Positions 11,222 to 23,052 of a stretch of 38,547 bases of DNA are shown here, piece by piece. Every line of letters begins with the position of its first letter. Position 1 is the first letter of the stretch. The position numbers were made by a program, and so were the translations under genes. This stretch comes from Folioceros fuciformis (Eukaryota): positions 1-38,547 of the forward strand of contig JBNGIO010006333.1 in the NCBI GenBank assembly GCA_049999805.1, read 5' to 3'. The notes under the pieces are model-generated. The model made no database searches. It was given only the letters and a program-made list of their open reading frames with translations, and had not been told where the DNA came from.

Positions 11222-13183
11222 CTAAGGTCTTCCATGTGTCAAGTAGAGAAGGGGAACAGACTCTCTGGCAAGGGCTATTTCCACGGAGAGTGTGTCCTCA
11301 GGCTTGACATACAATGAGAAATACTTTTCCGACAGATCGGACGTGTTCCATGTGAATGGACACACTCTGCTCCTTGCCGAAAGCATTCCTCTGAAATGAT
11401 CCAGTCTTACCACGGCCGCGTCAAGCGCCTCCTCGCTCTTGCCTGGCCTCACAGCCCGGTGCACGCCAGCCGTGAACACTTTGAGGGGGTCCACGATCAT
11501 CTTTCGACGCCCCATGGACCCAGGGCAGAGCCAAATCGAGTGCTCCTCGGGTTTCCTTCACAAGTGCATTCTCTGGTGAGAAGGTTAACGTAACTTTCTG
11601 GATGCATTTGCAATAGATCGCACCTTCAGCTACTGCTTATGGTGAGACCGGCCGGGGGTGGCGAGGTGAGAGCTTAAAGTTACCTACATTCCGGCCCAGG
11701 CTGCTTCTTGAACACCATCCGCTGAACAGGCCATTCATCATCGTTGCTTGCTGGCCTGCAGTGAACTGTTCCCACAGGCCAGTTCCCAAGCGTGAGAATG
11801 CTGGCATTTTCGTGGGCTTCCAGCACGGAGTCCAGGGTGACACCAGGCTTCAGGTATAGGAACTCGTCGAAGTCGTAAAAGAGCGTCCAGTCTGCGAGGA
11901 ACCGAGTCCGATGGAGGCAATCGTTTATGAACAACACCTGGACACAGCCATCCAAGGCGCACAGAGTGTGCTTCAGTCTCTCTTTCTTGTTGCTCCTGGC
12001 CTGGCCTGGCCTGGCCTGCTGCCGATCATGAGGTAAGTTAATGTGCTTGCAAACAGTAGAATAAGTACTGTGGTGATACCTGGGCGTGATACCATGATGG
12101 AAACAAGCGATCATCCATAACCTCGGTGATGGTGACAAAACCAGCTTGCACAAAGGGCTCTAACAGCGTCCGACCTTCCATGGACAGGCCCCCCACGTTG
12201 TAGAAGAAGAAGTGAGCCTGCCCCTTGAAAACGTGCAGATGATAGGTGAGCCACTGCCGTATCCAGTCCTGACGGATCTCGCCCGCAATCGGAGGCCCGC
12301 AGAAGGCATACTTGTGCTTGAACGGCCTCGACCTACTAACCAGATGTGCCATACCAGTGTCGCTGGTGGGTTGCTCATGATTCACCAACACCTGCTGCAC
12401 CTGTAGCACAAAAATGCACCGTCACAGGAAACGTAGAGCTCCCATCCAATCCCAGACTCAGCCCCTACCCCTCGAGACGGCACAAAAAAATGTGCCCACA
12501 TAAGATGGAACCGTTGCTCCTACCATCCCCACTGGAGGCCCCGATGCCACAGTGATGTAGAGCCGGCCCCCCTCTGACCCATTAGATCTGACAATGTCCT
12601 GGAAGGTGCACCTCACCACGGCCACTCCATAAGGCACGTCATGCTCGTCGTGCCTGATGTAGTCCACCTCGGCCGTGGTGTTGGACAGCAATGCGGAGGC
12701 AGCCCCAGGATGCCAGATGCACGAGTGCACAGGCTTGTCGTAGTCCCGAGTCAAGCGTGATGTGAGGCCGACGACGTAGAAGGTTGTGAGGGATTCCCTG
12801 CACCCAAGGCCGGAGCCCGGACCGGAGATGCATGTTGCTGTGAGCACATGCGCCTGAGCCGGAATTGCCACAAACAGGTTTCGAAATTTGGAAAGAGTCC
12901 CAGCGTTTTACCTGTAAACACTGAAGTGAACGAATTGGTAATGCGGCTGGCCCATGGCCACAAACTGCCTTTGGCGCGGGGACACCTGGAGGTTCCCCTC
13001 GGAAGCCATGAAGGAGCGGGGGCGTGCGAGCCCATTGCTGCCAGGCTGAGGTCTGCAGCTGCCCGAGGGCAAAAACAGGGTCCTCCCATATAGACCGAAC
13101 AGGGCAGCGGCCACCTGCAGGGCGGTCATGAGGGCGACCGTGACAAGCACGTCGCGCACGGCGTGCGCCCCGCATTTGGTCAT
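11222..13183 (-). CDS. GT92/GALS-like glycosyltransferase, paralog 2, ~484 aa; exons 13183-12912, 12797-12524, 12400-12080, 11937-11684, 11555-11222
   Basis: Same motif series: FVHFSVYR, FYVVGLTSR, YAFCGPPIAG, WLTYH, WYHAQ, INDCLHRTRF, YDFDE, RRKMIVDP, TAGVH, RLDHFRG. Four GT..AG introns at the same protein positions as paralog 1; spliced length 1455 nt, in frame. Confidence 0.9.
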
Positions 13184-14097
13184 GCTGTCTCAAGCTGTGC
13201 CTCTGCCTCTGCCTCTTCCTCTTCCTTTACGCTATGTGTGCATCCCCAGACCTCTGTGACTGCTTCCAGCATGCGGAACTGTTCCGCACCTGGAAAGCGA
13301 GGACCACCGGCGAGGGCGGAAGAGGAAGGAGAGAAGTCATCGACAACATCCAGGACGTAATTGCGTCCTGCCCGGGGCTTCACGGGCCATGTTCACTGAC
13401 AGCGGTACGGGGGTGTCGTACAACAGGCAAGAGCAGGAGAAGCCGGGGCTGGGCTGGGCTGGCCGATTTGGTGAGTGGTGAGTGGGCGCCGGTGCAAGCG
13501 ACCAAGCAACGGGAGGAAGCCCCAGCTGTACGCGAAATTCATCACCCTGGTTGCGCACGGTCAATAGATGTCGTCGAGCGAGGGCAGGACATGTGAGGCG
13601 GGGACTGGGGACTTGTCCGACTGCGGACTCGGGACTTGGGTACTCGGGAATCGAGCGTGGTCTCGCGAGCAAACCGAGACAGCAGACTCATTACCGCCAT
13701 CGCTGGGCATCGGACCTCGCCTTCTCCACCGGCTACTGGCTGCACCGGTGTGCCAGGGTCGACGGCGACGGTCCCGCTACCCTCTTCATGGGCGAAAGCG
13801 ACGACGTACATACATACAGTACGTAAATGCCAACTCCCTGAAGCTTATGTAGAGCTTATAAGTCTCATAAGTATGCAAAATGAACATGTAACAGAGTGAC
13901 CGGGCTTTGCCGTCTGGGCTTCCGGGCACCCCGGCGGCCGGTCACCACCGACTACTTGTGTACATGGGCAGTGGTTTCTCGAGGCTTTTTATAAGCGCCG
14001 AGCCCAGAGGGGAGGGAGCTTGCGTCATCAGGCTCTGGCGACAATATGGCTTTCCTTGGAGGAAAGCTCCCGGCGCTGTTCCACATGCAGTGGCACG

Positions 14098-14248
14098 TGC
14101 CCTGCCCTGCCATGCCCTGCCCAGGCCCCTGCCCGTGCCCGTGCCCGTGCCCGTGCCCGTGCCCCTGCCCCTGCCCCTGCCCCTGCCCCTGGCCCTGCCC
14201 CTGCCCCTGCCCCCTGCCCCTGCCCCCTGCCCCTGCCCCCTGCCCCGT
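14098..14248. repeat. (TGCCCC/TGCCCG)n hexanucleotide microsatellite
   Basis: About 150 bp of tandem GCCCGT and GCCCCT units; it generates the low-complexity CP, GA and GQ ORFs in the track. Confidence 0.95.
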
Positions 14249-15134
14249 CCTGCTTGCGTATGCATATCCTGTGCCACAACACATGCATAGATATCTACAT
14301 ACCTGTGTACAGTACAGTACAGTACATATTTATATACAGTCGCACGTGTGTACTACTGTATAACGTACAGCCGGGCCCTAGGTGGCATTACTGTGGACAC
14401 AAAGGCTTAGCCGCTTAGCCAGCCAGTATCCCGTAGTATCTCCTTTAATGTGAGTGGACAGCTAAATAAATGCCTTTGTAATGGTTTCCAACGGACTGTT
14501 GCCAATGAACAGGATGGACAAACGGCCGCCTGCACCCATGGCCACATGCGTATGATAAGGGCATTGTCCGTTCGCCGAGTGGAAAGCAGCCAGCAAGGTT
14601 GTGTACAGTGGCTTGTGAAAGCAGCTAAGCTTTGTGTATGATACGTAGATAAAAAAAAGGGTGAACGGTGAATGAGGACTGGACACCTACTCGGATCGGT
14701 TTCATCTTTTTCGGATGGCATCGGTTTTCTGCTTTTTTGGGAACAAAATCGTACAACCACTCCGATTCCGACGTCCATGCGGGAAATAGCATACAGGCTG
14801 TAGGAGATGGTGTAGGGCAGCGCAAGTGAGAGGTTCCGACATATTGTATGTCCGTGCCAATCATAAAAGGCCGAAAACACTAAGCCTGACATGGCATCTC
14901 GTCCAATGACAAAACCTCCCGACACGAACGCCCGTTCCAGGCCGGCTCCGGCCCGCCCCTCACCGACCCAGCTCCTTTCAAATATGTTGGTACATTAAGC
15001 TCTCTCCTTTGGAAAGAAACATAGCAGTTAATAATGTACTTAGCTCGCTAAGTTCCCGCAACCATGAACAAATAAATGATTCTAGTGTACAAGGTGTGCT
15101 TCACGCTCCTCAAAGCAAACAGGCAGTAGTTGCC

Positions 15135-17123
15135 TCACCCGAAAACTGCATCCGCAAGCATTGGAGGCACCGACTGCCTGGCTTGGCCGACAATGGTAGG
15201 GATTGTATCATCCCTGAGGTATCTTCTGAAGAAACGCCGGTCTAGGTCGGGTGTGATGTTGTCATCTCTCGTCTTGGTACACTCCTTGGTTTCCAGGGAT
15301 AGAATCCCCCGATAGTGATCTATCCTGGCTGTTGTGGCATTCAATGTGATGTATTGGTTCTCTGGTTCCACCAGGCTGTGGACACCTGCTGTGAACACTT
15401 TCCTAGGGTTCAACACGAACTTCCTCCGCCCTGAGTTTTCGGGACAAAACCACCTGCTGTGGGAGCCCCTGCATGCCAAGCCAAGCCAAGCCCAGCCCGC
15501 ACCATGACTTTGTTTGTCAGTGCCCCCCCTAAATCCAAAAACATTTCACCTCTGACTCAACCAACGTGGGGACCAAGCTCAGCCTCTGGGCAGTCAATGG
15601 GATTGATTACCTGCATTCGGGACCGGGCTGTTTCTTATACAGCATCCGCTCAAGAGGCCACTCATTCACAAACCTTGCTTCTCTACATACGCTTGTTGCC
15701 ACAGGCCAGCTGCCCAAGGACATGAAACTTGCATCGGCGTTCTCCTCAAGCAGGCCCCCTAGAGTCAGCGGAGGTTGGAAGTAGAGCAACTCGTCCAAAT
15801 CGAAGAACAAAGTCCAGTCCGACACAAAGCGGGTGCGATGCAAGCAATCGTTGATAAACAGAACCTGCAGGCGCTTCCCACAGTCAACATCAAGTGCACC
15901 ATGCTTAAAAAGGCACAAGTAAAATGTGCACGTGAGCTTCAGAGCTCGAGTTTGTTAAGCACAACAACTTCCAAGGTTTGCGCAAAGGGATGAGGTTTTG
16001 ACAAAGGTGGCCCACCTGCGCGTGATACCAAGACGGGTACCGATCGTCATCCAGCACATCGGTGATGGTCACGAATCCCGCTTCAACAAACGGATCCAGC
16101 AAACTGCGGGCTTCTTCCGTCAGCCCGCCTACGTTGTAGAGGAAGAAGTGCGCCTTCCCCTCCATGATATACATATGGTAGGTCAGCCAGTGCATGATCC
16201 AGTATTGCCGAATACCCTTCCCTGCAATAGGCGGCCCGCAGAAGGCGTACTTGTACGGGTAACGCCTCACCGCCAAGGTCTGAAAATCGGAGAAGCTGTT
16301 GCTCTCCTCTTGCAGCGCCAGCACCGTCTCCATCTTGGAGAAACTCCACTGGATCCTCCCATACCTGGAGAAGCCCTGCGCGTGCCCGGCAGTGGTGATC
16401 ACGCCTCTCTCATGTGACACCGGCCGGCTCAAACTGAAACAAACAGTAGCACGCAGTGAACTGTAGACATTGATTACCCTTTGGAAGGTCGGAACGTCGA
16501 GATAGAGCCGGCCTCCCGGCCCGGCGCCAGATCCGATCTCCCTCTCAAACTCGCACTTGACCACTGCCACCGCGTAGGGGACACGGTGCTCGTCCATCTT
16601 GGTGTAGTGCACCACAGCCGTGGTGTTGAGCTCATGCAACCACAAGTCACTCTCATTCCCGCTACCCGTCCCAGACCGCCAAACGCACGCAGCCACGGGA
16701 TTCCCCGGCACCCGCGGGTTCCTGTTGTACAGCCCGATGACGTAGAAGGCGTTGGGAGATTGCCTGGCAACGGATTCCATCCAAGCGTTTGAGCAGAGAA
16801 TGGCATCCGAAAAACAAAACAAATTCAAATCCGTCGCTACCTCTCTGCCTCCCTCACCTGTAGGCACTGAATTGCACGAAGCGGCCAGCCAGCGGCGTCA
16901 GCTGCCGCAGCGGCGGCGCAACGTCGGCACCTGCCTTTCCCCGCTTCAAAGCCGCGGATTCCTCGCTGTAGGACACAATGTCGTACAGCCCAGAGTAGAG
17001 AGCCGCAAGCTGCAGCGCCGCAAGCAGCAGCGCTGCCCAGCCCAAGGGCCGCGCCCGCTTGCACAGCTTGGCAATTTTGGCCTGAGGCAGGCCCAGGGCC
17101 TTGACTTTTGAGCTGCATCTCAT
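15135..17123 (-). CDS. GT92/GALS-like glycosyltransferase, paralog 3, ~499 aa; exons 17123-16858, 16763-16478, ~16375-16016, 15864-15611, 15468-15135
   Basis: Motifs FVQFSAYR, FYVIGL, YAFCGPPIAG, WLTYH, WYHAQ, INDCLHRTRF, FDLDE, RRKFVLNP, TAGVH, RIDHYRG. Introns match the other paralogs. The intron-2 acceptor is ambiguous because several in-frame AGs exist and the intron has no in-frame stop. Confidence 0.88.
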
Positions 17124-18645
17124 GGTGGTGCGCCCTCGGGAGCTCCGACAGCGCCCGCCCGCAGCGAGGAGCTACCGGAGCGAAAGAGCCGGATGTGAGC
17201 AACGCCAGCTGTGGTGGCACGGGGCGCTGCAATTGCCACGCCGAAATCCGGGGCAGTGCCAGGAGGAAATGCAGGCCCCCCGCACCGCAGGTGCCGAGGC
17301 AGGAGCAGATGGTAGTATGAAACCGTCAGTCGGCGCGCATGAACAGAAGAGCCAAAGGCATTGACAAGCACAACTGCCTCCCTCCCGCCGCGGCGGCGGG
17401 TGTCACAAGCCTTGCTCCGCTTGTGCATCAACGGCATGCGCAACAACTCGACTCTCACCAGAGGGATCCCATCTCACATTACACAATCTCGGCATGCCCG
17501 TCGCAGTACCGGCCAACGCTCGAAGACTTCATCTTGACACACCACAGCCGGCGCCGGAGATGAGAAGATGTGGCCTCTGCCGGTCGGAACTGCGGGGCGG
17601 GACCCACTCCCTGCTCCGATCCCTTTGATGCACACAATGTATGTACACCCCTGCCTGCCTGCCTGCACGAAGCACCTTTGGACCTCTGGTGCACTGCAGC
17701 TGCCCGCGGAGTCTGGAGACTCGTTCCCATCCAGTCCACATACACCCCGCGGGACCTTTGGATTGTATGTATGTATGTCTGTACATGTATATGGGAACAT
17801 GGCCACACAAGGCTCCGATCCTATCGCCGAACACCTCGTACGGTAATGTATACGGCCCAGGTAACGCCGTTTCAGGGATCACACGCGTGCTGTCACTGGT
17901 GCCCAGCACCCACTCACACGCAAGGCGCCACTCGCCCGACTCGGGACCCGGGATTCGGGGACAAGATACACAAACCTGCATTTTCTTCGCCAATCCCACT
18001 GCGCGCCCCTCTTCGTTGCTTGCCTCGCCCAAAGTTTCTCTCCCAATCGCATAAACAGACAACCGGACACTTTATTCAATAAAATAACATGAAAAAATGC
18101 CATTAAATTACGCCAAGAAGATAAGTTTCTAACTACTTTACTTCTTATTTCATCAGTTTTACATAAAATTATAAGGAAATATTCTAGGCTCCCTCACTTG
18201 TTTCTAGCGCTACCTTGTTAGAGCCAAGCCGCGCCGCGCCGCGGTAGCTACGCACTTGAGGAAGGACGAAAAAACAAAAACACTCCTAGTTGCAAAGATT
18301 AAGAATTGAATTAACCTAAAAGGTTGGGTTTTGGAAACGGTTGAAAAAGATGAGTTACCAAGTTACAAAAATCAAAAACTAAGCTAACTAGAAACAAAAA
18401 TTATTAACTAATTTATCTAGTCATAAAAGTTAATGAACTTAATAGAAATTAATCCATAAAGGATTCGAACACACAGCCCACACACTCATGTTTTTTTCCT
18501 TTCATATGTATTTTATATGAAAATATACACTAGAATCTACCACATTTTTGTACTCAACATCGCCATGGCAGGCACGGGGCCTACCTCTACAACGTAGTCA
18601 GACTTTTTTCTTATCACTATAAAGGGGCATTTGTACCGATACCGA

Positions 18646-18721
18646 CCCATCCCTTTGTTTCTTTAGGGATCCTCAACGCTGATCCCATCCCTTTGTTTCT
18701 TTAGGGATCCTCAACGCTGAT
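18646..18721. repeat. Perfect 38-bp tandem duplication
   Basis: CCCATCCCTTTGTTTCTTTAGGGATCCTCAACGCTGAT occurs at 18646-18683 and 18684-18721. Confidence 0.95.
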
Positions 18722-19270
18722 CATTAAAGATCACGGTACCACACAATCTTTAAAGTTACACTACACACACAAATAGGAAACATCATGGGGGTAGGGTTCA
18801 GTAGAGTTTCACGGATCAATCAATTCACACTGCCACGGTGTGAATCATGTAGGGGTGGTAGCCTCTTGGGCCTTCCCTTCAATCCACGGCCTTCACGACG
18901 AGACACTTAGAGCGTGAATTGGGTTCATTTATGCATGCTAGCCTGCACCCCCTTCAGGCGAGTGTGCAGCCATCTGAAAATGTGGATGCCGCCTTTCTGA
19001 GGAACCAGCCACATCTTGTTTCTATTGCAAAATTAGCAACAGAAATAACTTGCTTCAAGTGCTTCGCAAATCCATTGGATGCCTGGAGTAAAATCCACTA
19101 GATGCTTATGCATAGTGAGTGTGCTTAGTGTGATTGCGTTTGGGAATGCAGCTTGCAGTTGCCTGCACATTTGTAGCTCTACGAGTGTACGATGTCCTGA
19201 TTGTAGGTGGTGATGATGATAACACAAACTGCTTGTGGCCTTGTTTATGCAGGCATTGCGGATTGCCTAC

Positions 19271-19469
19271 GACAATGCATATATCAAAGGTTTGGAGGGT
19301 ATGGACTATCTCCCTGATATGTACCACTTGCACCTAGCCTTGACACCGTTGTGTAGGGAGTGCTCTTTGACAACACGTACGTCAAAGGCTTGGAGGGTAA
19401 GGACTACATCTTGATATGTACCGCTTGCACCTAGCCTTGACACCGTTGTGTAGGGAGTGCTCTTGACAA
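19271..19469 (+). repeat. ~97-bp tandem repeat array, left part; target of copia element A
   Basis: Units start with GACAA at 19271, 19369 and 19465 and contain TCAAAGG(C/T)TTGGAGGGTA..ATATGTACC..TTGCACCTAGCCTTGACA. The array continues, inverted, at 27356-27180. Confidence 0.9.
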
Positions 19470-19678
19470 TAATGAAACCTAAGTGTAGTTAAATGTGTTA
19501 TCAGCATATTAAGTTAGAGTCAGCTTACCTATTGGCTAGGGTTACATCTCTTTACGAATAGACATACCTTTTCGTTTAGTTTAAGTTGAACTTGATGTAT
19601 TTTCTTGACGAGTAGTTCTTTCTTGATAAGATGTAATTATATATTTAATTGACCTGCACTAAATATCATAATATGTGA
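19470..19678 (+). mobile_element. 5' LTR (209 bp) of Ty1/copia element A
   Basis: Matches the reverse complement of 27357-27565 with 14 mismatches by hand alignment. Preceded by GACAA and followed directly by the PBS. Confidence 0.92.
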
Positions 19679-19690
19679 TGGTATCAGAGC
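19679..19690 (+). promoter_or_regulatory. Primer-binding site complementary to the 3' end of initiator tRNA-Met
   Basis: TGGTATCAGAGC, the canonical plant retrotransposon PBS, immediately after the LTR. Confidence 0.93.
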
Positions 19691-20047
19691 TTTCTTAGTG
19701 TGGGTTGCATGCTAGAGTATGCACACCAAATTGGGCATGTTCGATATGCACAATGCGTTTTTGTTCCTATTAAATAAAGTGTTTCTTTAAAAGGATAAAA
19801 AAAACCAAAATCAAGAAATGGAACTTTGATTTTTTCTTGGATTTAATTGCTTTTTTCATAAACGCATTTGCAGGTTTGAAGAGTGTCCCATTGCATCTTC
19901 AGCAGATTGCTATTTCGAGCAATTTTGATAGAGGTTTGCCATGACACTTATTAGATCATGTAAATAGCATTCAAAAGGCAATTATAAATTCAAAAAGAAA
20001 AGGAGGATACATTCTCATCCTTACAATTAGAGTTCTCTCCATTGTAG

Positions 20048-20704
20048 ATGGCACAAAATTTGGAGGGCCAACAATTGCAGCCTCTTGTTGAACGAGTTCA
20101 TCAACGCCAGGACTTCTTGAGGGTGAGGGCTGTAGAAAGTATTGTAGAAAGGCTACATCAAAGGACCTAGGAATGGACTGTTAGAAATCAAGACAGACCA
20201 GCCCAAATCATCGAACTTGAGTGGGCATTCAATACTATTATTAAAAAACTCTATCCAGATTTTCAGAACCTTACCTTTGATGTTATTCCTTAGAGACCTC
20301 AATACCACCCTCTAGAAGTTGCAAGCATTGGACTTAGTAGCCCTAGCAATTTTCTGACAGCACAATCTACACAACACATTTCTATAAGTCAGTTGGCTCA
20401 GAGAAGTGAAACACATTCGCAGTATGTGGACAGGTGTTACGCACATTTAAATAGAACAATAGACATTGTGGGTATAGATATAAGAGATGTACAGGAACAT
20501 ATTAGGCTTATAGACTTCAAGCTTCATACCTTGCTAAAGGCACAGCTGTTATGTCACCATATGTTTCGTTCAACAGCCATGAAATTTGTGAAGAAAACAA
20601 ATAGCAAATTAAGTTTGTTGAGCCTAATACCTGTCCCTCCTTTTCCACCTATGCTCACAATAGATGGGAAAATAGACATAGTCAAATTACACAAAGGGAG
20701 ATAA
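20048..20704 (+). pseudogene. Decayed extra ORF upstream of gag in copia A; unknown product
   Basis: From ATG 20048 the frame runs 219 codons (MAQNLEGQQLQPLVERVHQRQDFL...KLHKGR*), interrupted by only two TAG codons. It includes track ORF 20393-20704. Confidence 0.6.
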
Positions 20705-20868
20705 AACAACTTACTTCCTTAAACGATCCCGTAGGGACTACATAAGCCATTTGATCTATTGTTCAGATCATGCCTAGGTTGACGTGAGTCTGTTAGAAAT
20801 ATACCATTCACACCTCGAAAGTAAAGATATTTATAATAGAATCTAGTACTTAGTTCAAAAACTATGTT

Positions 20869-22291
20869 ATGTCTACAGTTGAGCATGATAGTGATACTGA
20901 ACTAGATACAATCCCTTACGTAAACCCTTCAAGTCTACACGCCCCAAATATGGCAGACATTGCCCTTGTTGCCATTTCTTTTGACACCTTCAAAGAGAAG
21001 GACAAATTTGGAGGTCATGACTATGATATTTGGGTCATGAGGATGAAAGGAGCCCTCCAGGCCAAGAAGCTCTAGAAAATTACAGAAGGAATGGAGAAAC
21101 TAACATCATCAAGGCAGGAAGATATAAATGCATGGTTAGTCAAGAATGATGCAAGCCTATATCTGCTTCAAAGTGGCCTAACATCAGATATGTTGAGGCA
21201 CACTGTCGCAGCTAACACTACTGAGGATGTGTGGAATCGTCTCCAAGATCTGTTTGCTGGCTCCAACACTACAAGCCAAATGACTGCTCTCAAAAATCTC
21301 CATAACCTTAAAATGAAGGAAGGGAAGTCAATTGAGAAGCATGTAGGGCATTTCAAAACCCTAGCTTCTAAGCTAGAAAGCTCTTCCAGGGAACCTCTAA
21401 AGGATGAGCTTTTGATCATGCACCTGTTACTCTCCTTGTCATCCTCCTGGTCACACTTTGTGACATCGTTTAACACTTCTCACATGCAAGCTGAGAAGTT
21501 GGCTAAGGTAACCAAGGTCAAGCTTCTTGAAATCACATTTTCTGAGTTAGTGGGAGCACTTTTACAGGAGGAGGCTACAAGAGGGAATCCCAGTGGACGC
21601 CTTGTGAGGCAGCAAGCCCTCTACACATCAAGTCGTGGTAGAGGAGGAGGTATTCATGGCAACTCTCGAGGAGGAGGTGGGAATACTTATAAGGTAGCGG
21701 TTCTCAACTTGGACCCTCAACAAGCAATACTAAGAAAACCAAAAGAAGTGGCAATTGCAATTGGTGCAAAATGTTAGGACATTGGGAGCGTGAGTGTCGT
21801 AAGAAACAAGGTGGCCAGCCTCGCAAGGAAGGCAGTCCATCACAAAACCATCATGTTGTAAAGAAGAATAATACCCCCTCTACTCTTACTGTGAGTACAA
21901 GAGAATTTTCTAACCAACTCCTGCTTCCTACCTGTCTATCTACCAAATCGGACATCAGACCATTTGCAGAATGGTACCTTGACATAGGTGCTACAGCACA
22001 TATTTGCTTCGATCAAAATGCTTACAAAACATATAGGTCAGCTAAGGATCAATATATTTACCTTGGAGATGCTCGCTCACTTGTCTCCCCTGGTATAGGC
22101 ACATTGCACTTGCCAGTTCCATCTGGAGTTACACTCATTTTGAATGATGTGTACTATGTACTTGACATGACCAAAAATTTAGTTTCAGCCAAAAGACTAA
22201 ACTTAGCCAACAATAGTCATGTCTTATTTACAACCACTGAATGTCAAGTCCTAAATGCTTTTGATCATAGAAAAATTTTAGTGGGATGCCA
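20869..22291 (+). mobile_element. Copia A gag-protease, degenerate, truncated at ~22291
   Basis: Gag motifs DYDIWVMRMK, VWNRLQDLF, LHNLKMKEG, LLLSLSSSW; frameshifted zinc knuckle CNWCKMLGHWERECRK; protease WYLDIGATAHIC, LNDVYYV, KNLVS. One in-frame stop and a frameshift. Confidence 0.92.
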
Positions 22292-22311
22292 GGGCAAGTT
22301 TGTGACGTCCA
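22292..22311 (+). repeat. 20-bp motif GGGCAAGTTTGTGACGTCCA, inverted relative to three copies at 26324-26433
   Basis: Exact reverse complement of 26324-26343, 26351-26370 and 26414-26433. It sits where copia A homology stops. Confidence 0.9.
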
Positions 22312-23052
22312 TTGTCCATACATTTGGACCGGATGCAGAGGGGCAAAACATTCTATGAAAGACCCTTCGACGTCTCCGTATTCCATAAAACCCTCTTCCA
22401 TAATGAAAAAATTTAAATATCACATCATTAATTTAATTTAATTTTATTATTGAATGGTCTTTATTTATGATATAGACAAAAAAATGTTGCATGGAGCTTC
22501 TACCCTACCCTGTAACACACTCTACACCTTGGCCAAGGATGTCGATAGGTATCGAGGATGCATAGTACCCATCGCAACAGTACAATGGCTACCATTTCAC
22601 TGCCCTTTGCAGACCCCAGGGCATCCCACGAGCATCCCACGATCCAACGTCGAATCCGAGCACCAACCCTGGTGACGAGTTTTCAGAAAGGAACAATTTA
22701 TGCGGCTGTACAAACAAGAACCGTCGACTTGTGCAGGCAGAAGGTAAAATAAGACTGAGAAAAGCCTGCACTGTGCTCAGCCTCTAGTGTACGCTCGGGA
22801 GTACACTACCGTGAAGCATCCAGAGGTCTGCTTCCAATGACCACTGACTCTCTGTTCACCACTAGAACTCAAGGCTTGCGAGGCGCAACGATACCACTGC
22901 GTTCTCTCGTCAAGAGTATGTGAAGTCAGTTATAAATTAGTATGCGCAGAGAAGGAAGAGGCGCATCGACCAGGGCGGGTTGTTCTAACTCACTCATTAC
23001 TTCAGCCTACACGCTCCCCCCAGCTTGCCGAACATGCCACCACCGACCATCA

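Noticed and set aside
13907-14418. Cys-Pro, Gly-Gln and Ala-Pro repeat proteins
   Set aside because: All six frames are open simply because they cross the stop-free hexamer microsatellite.
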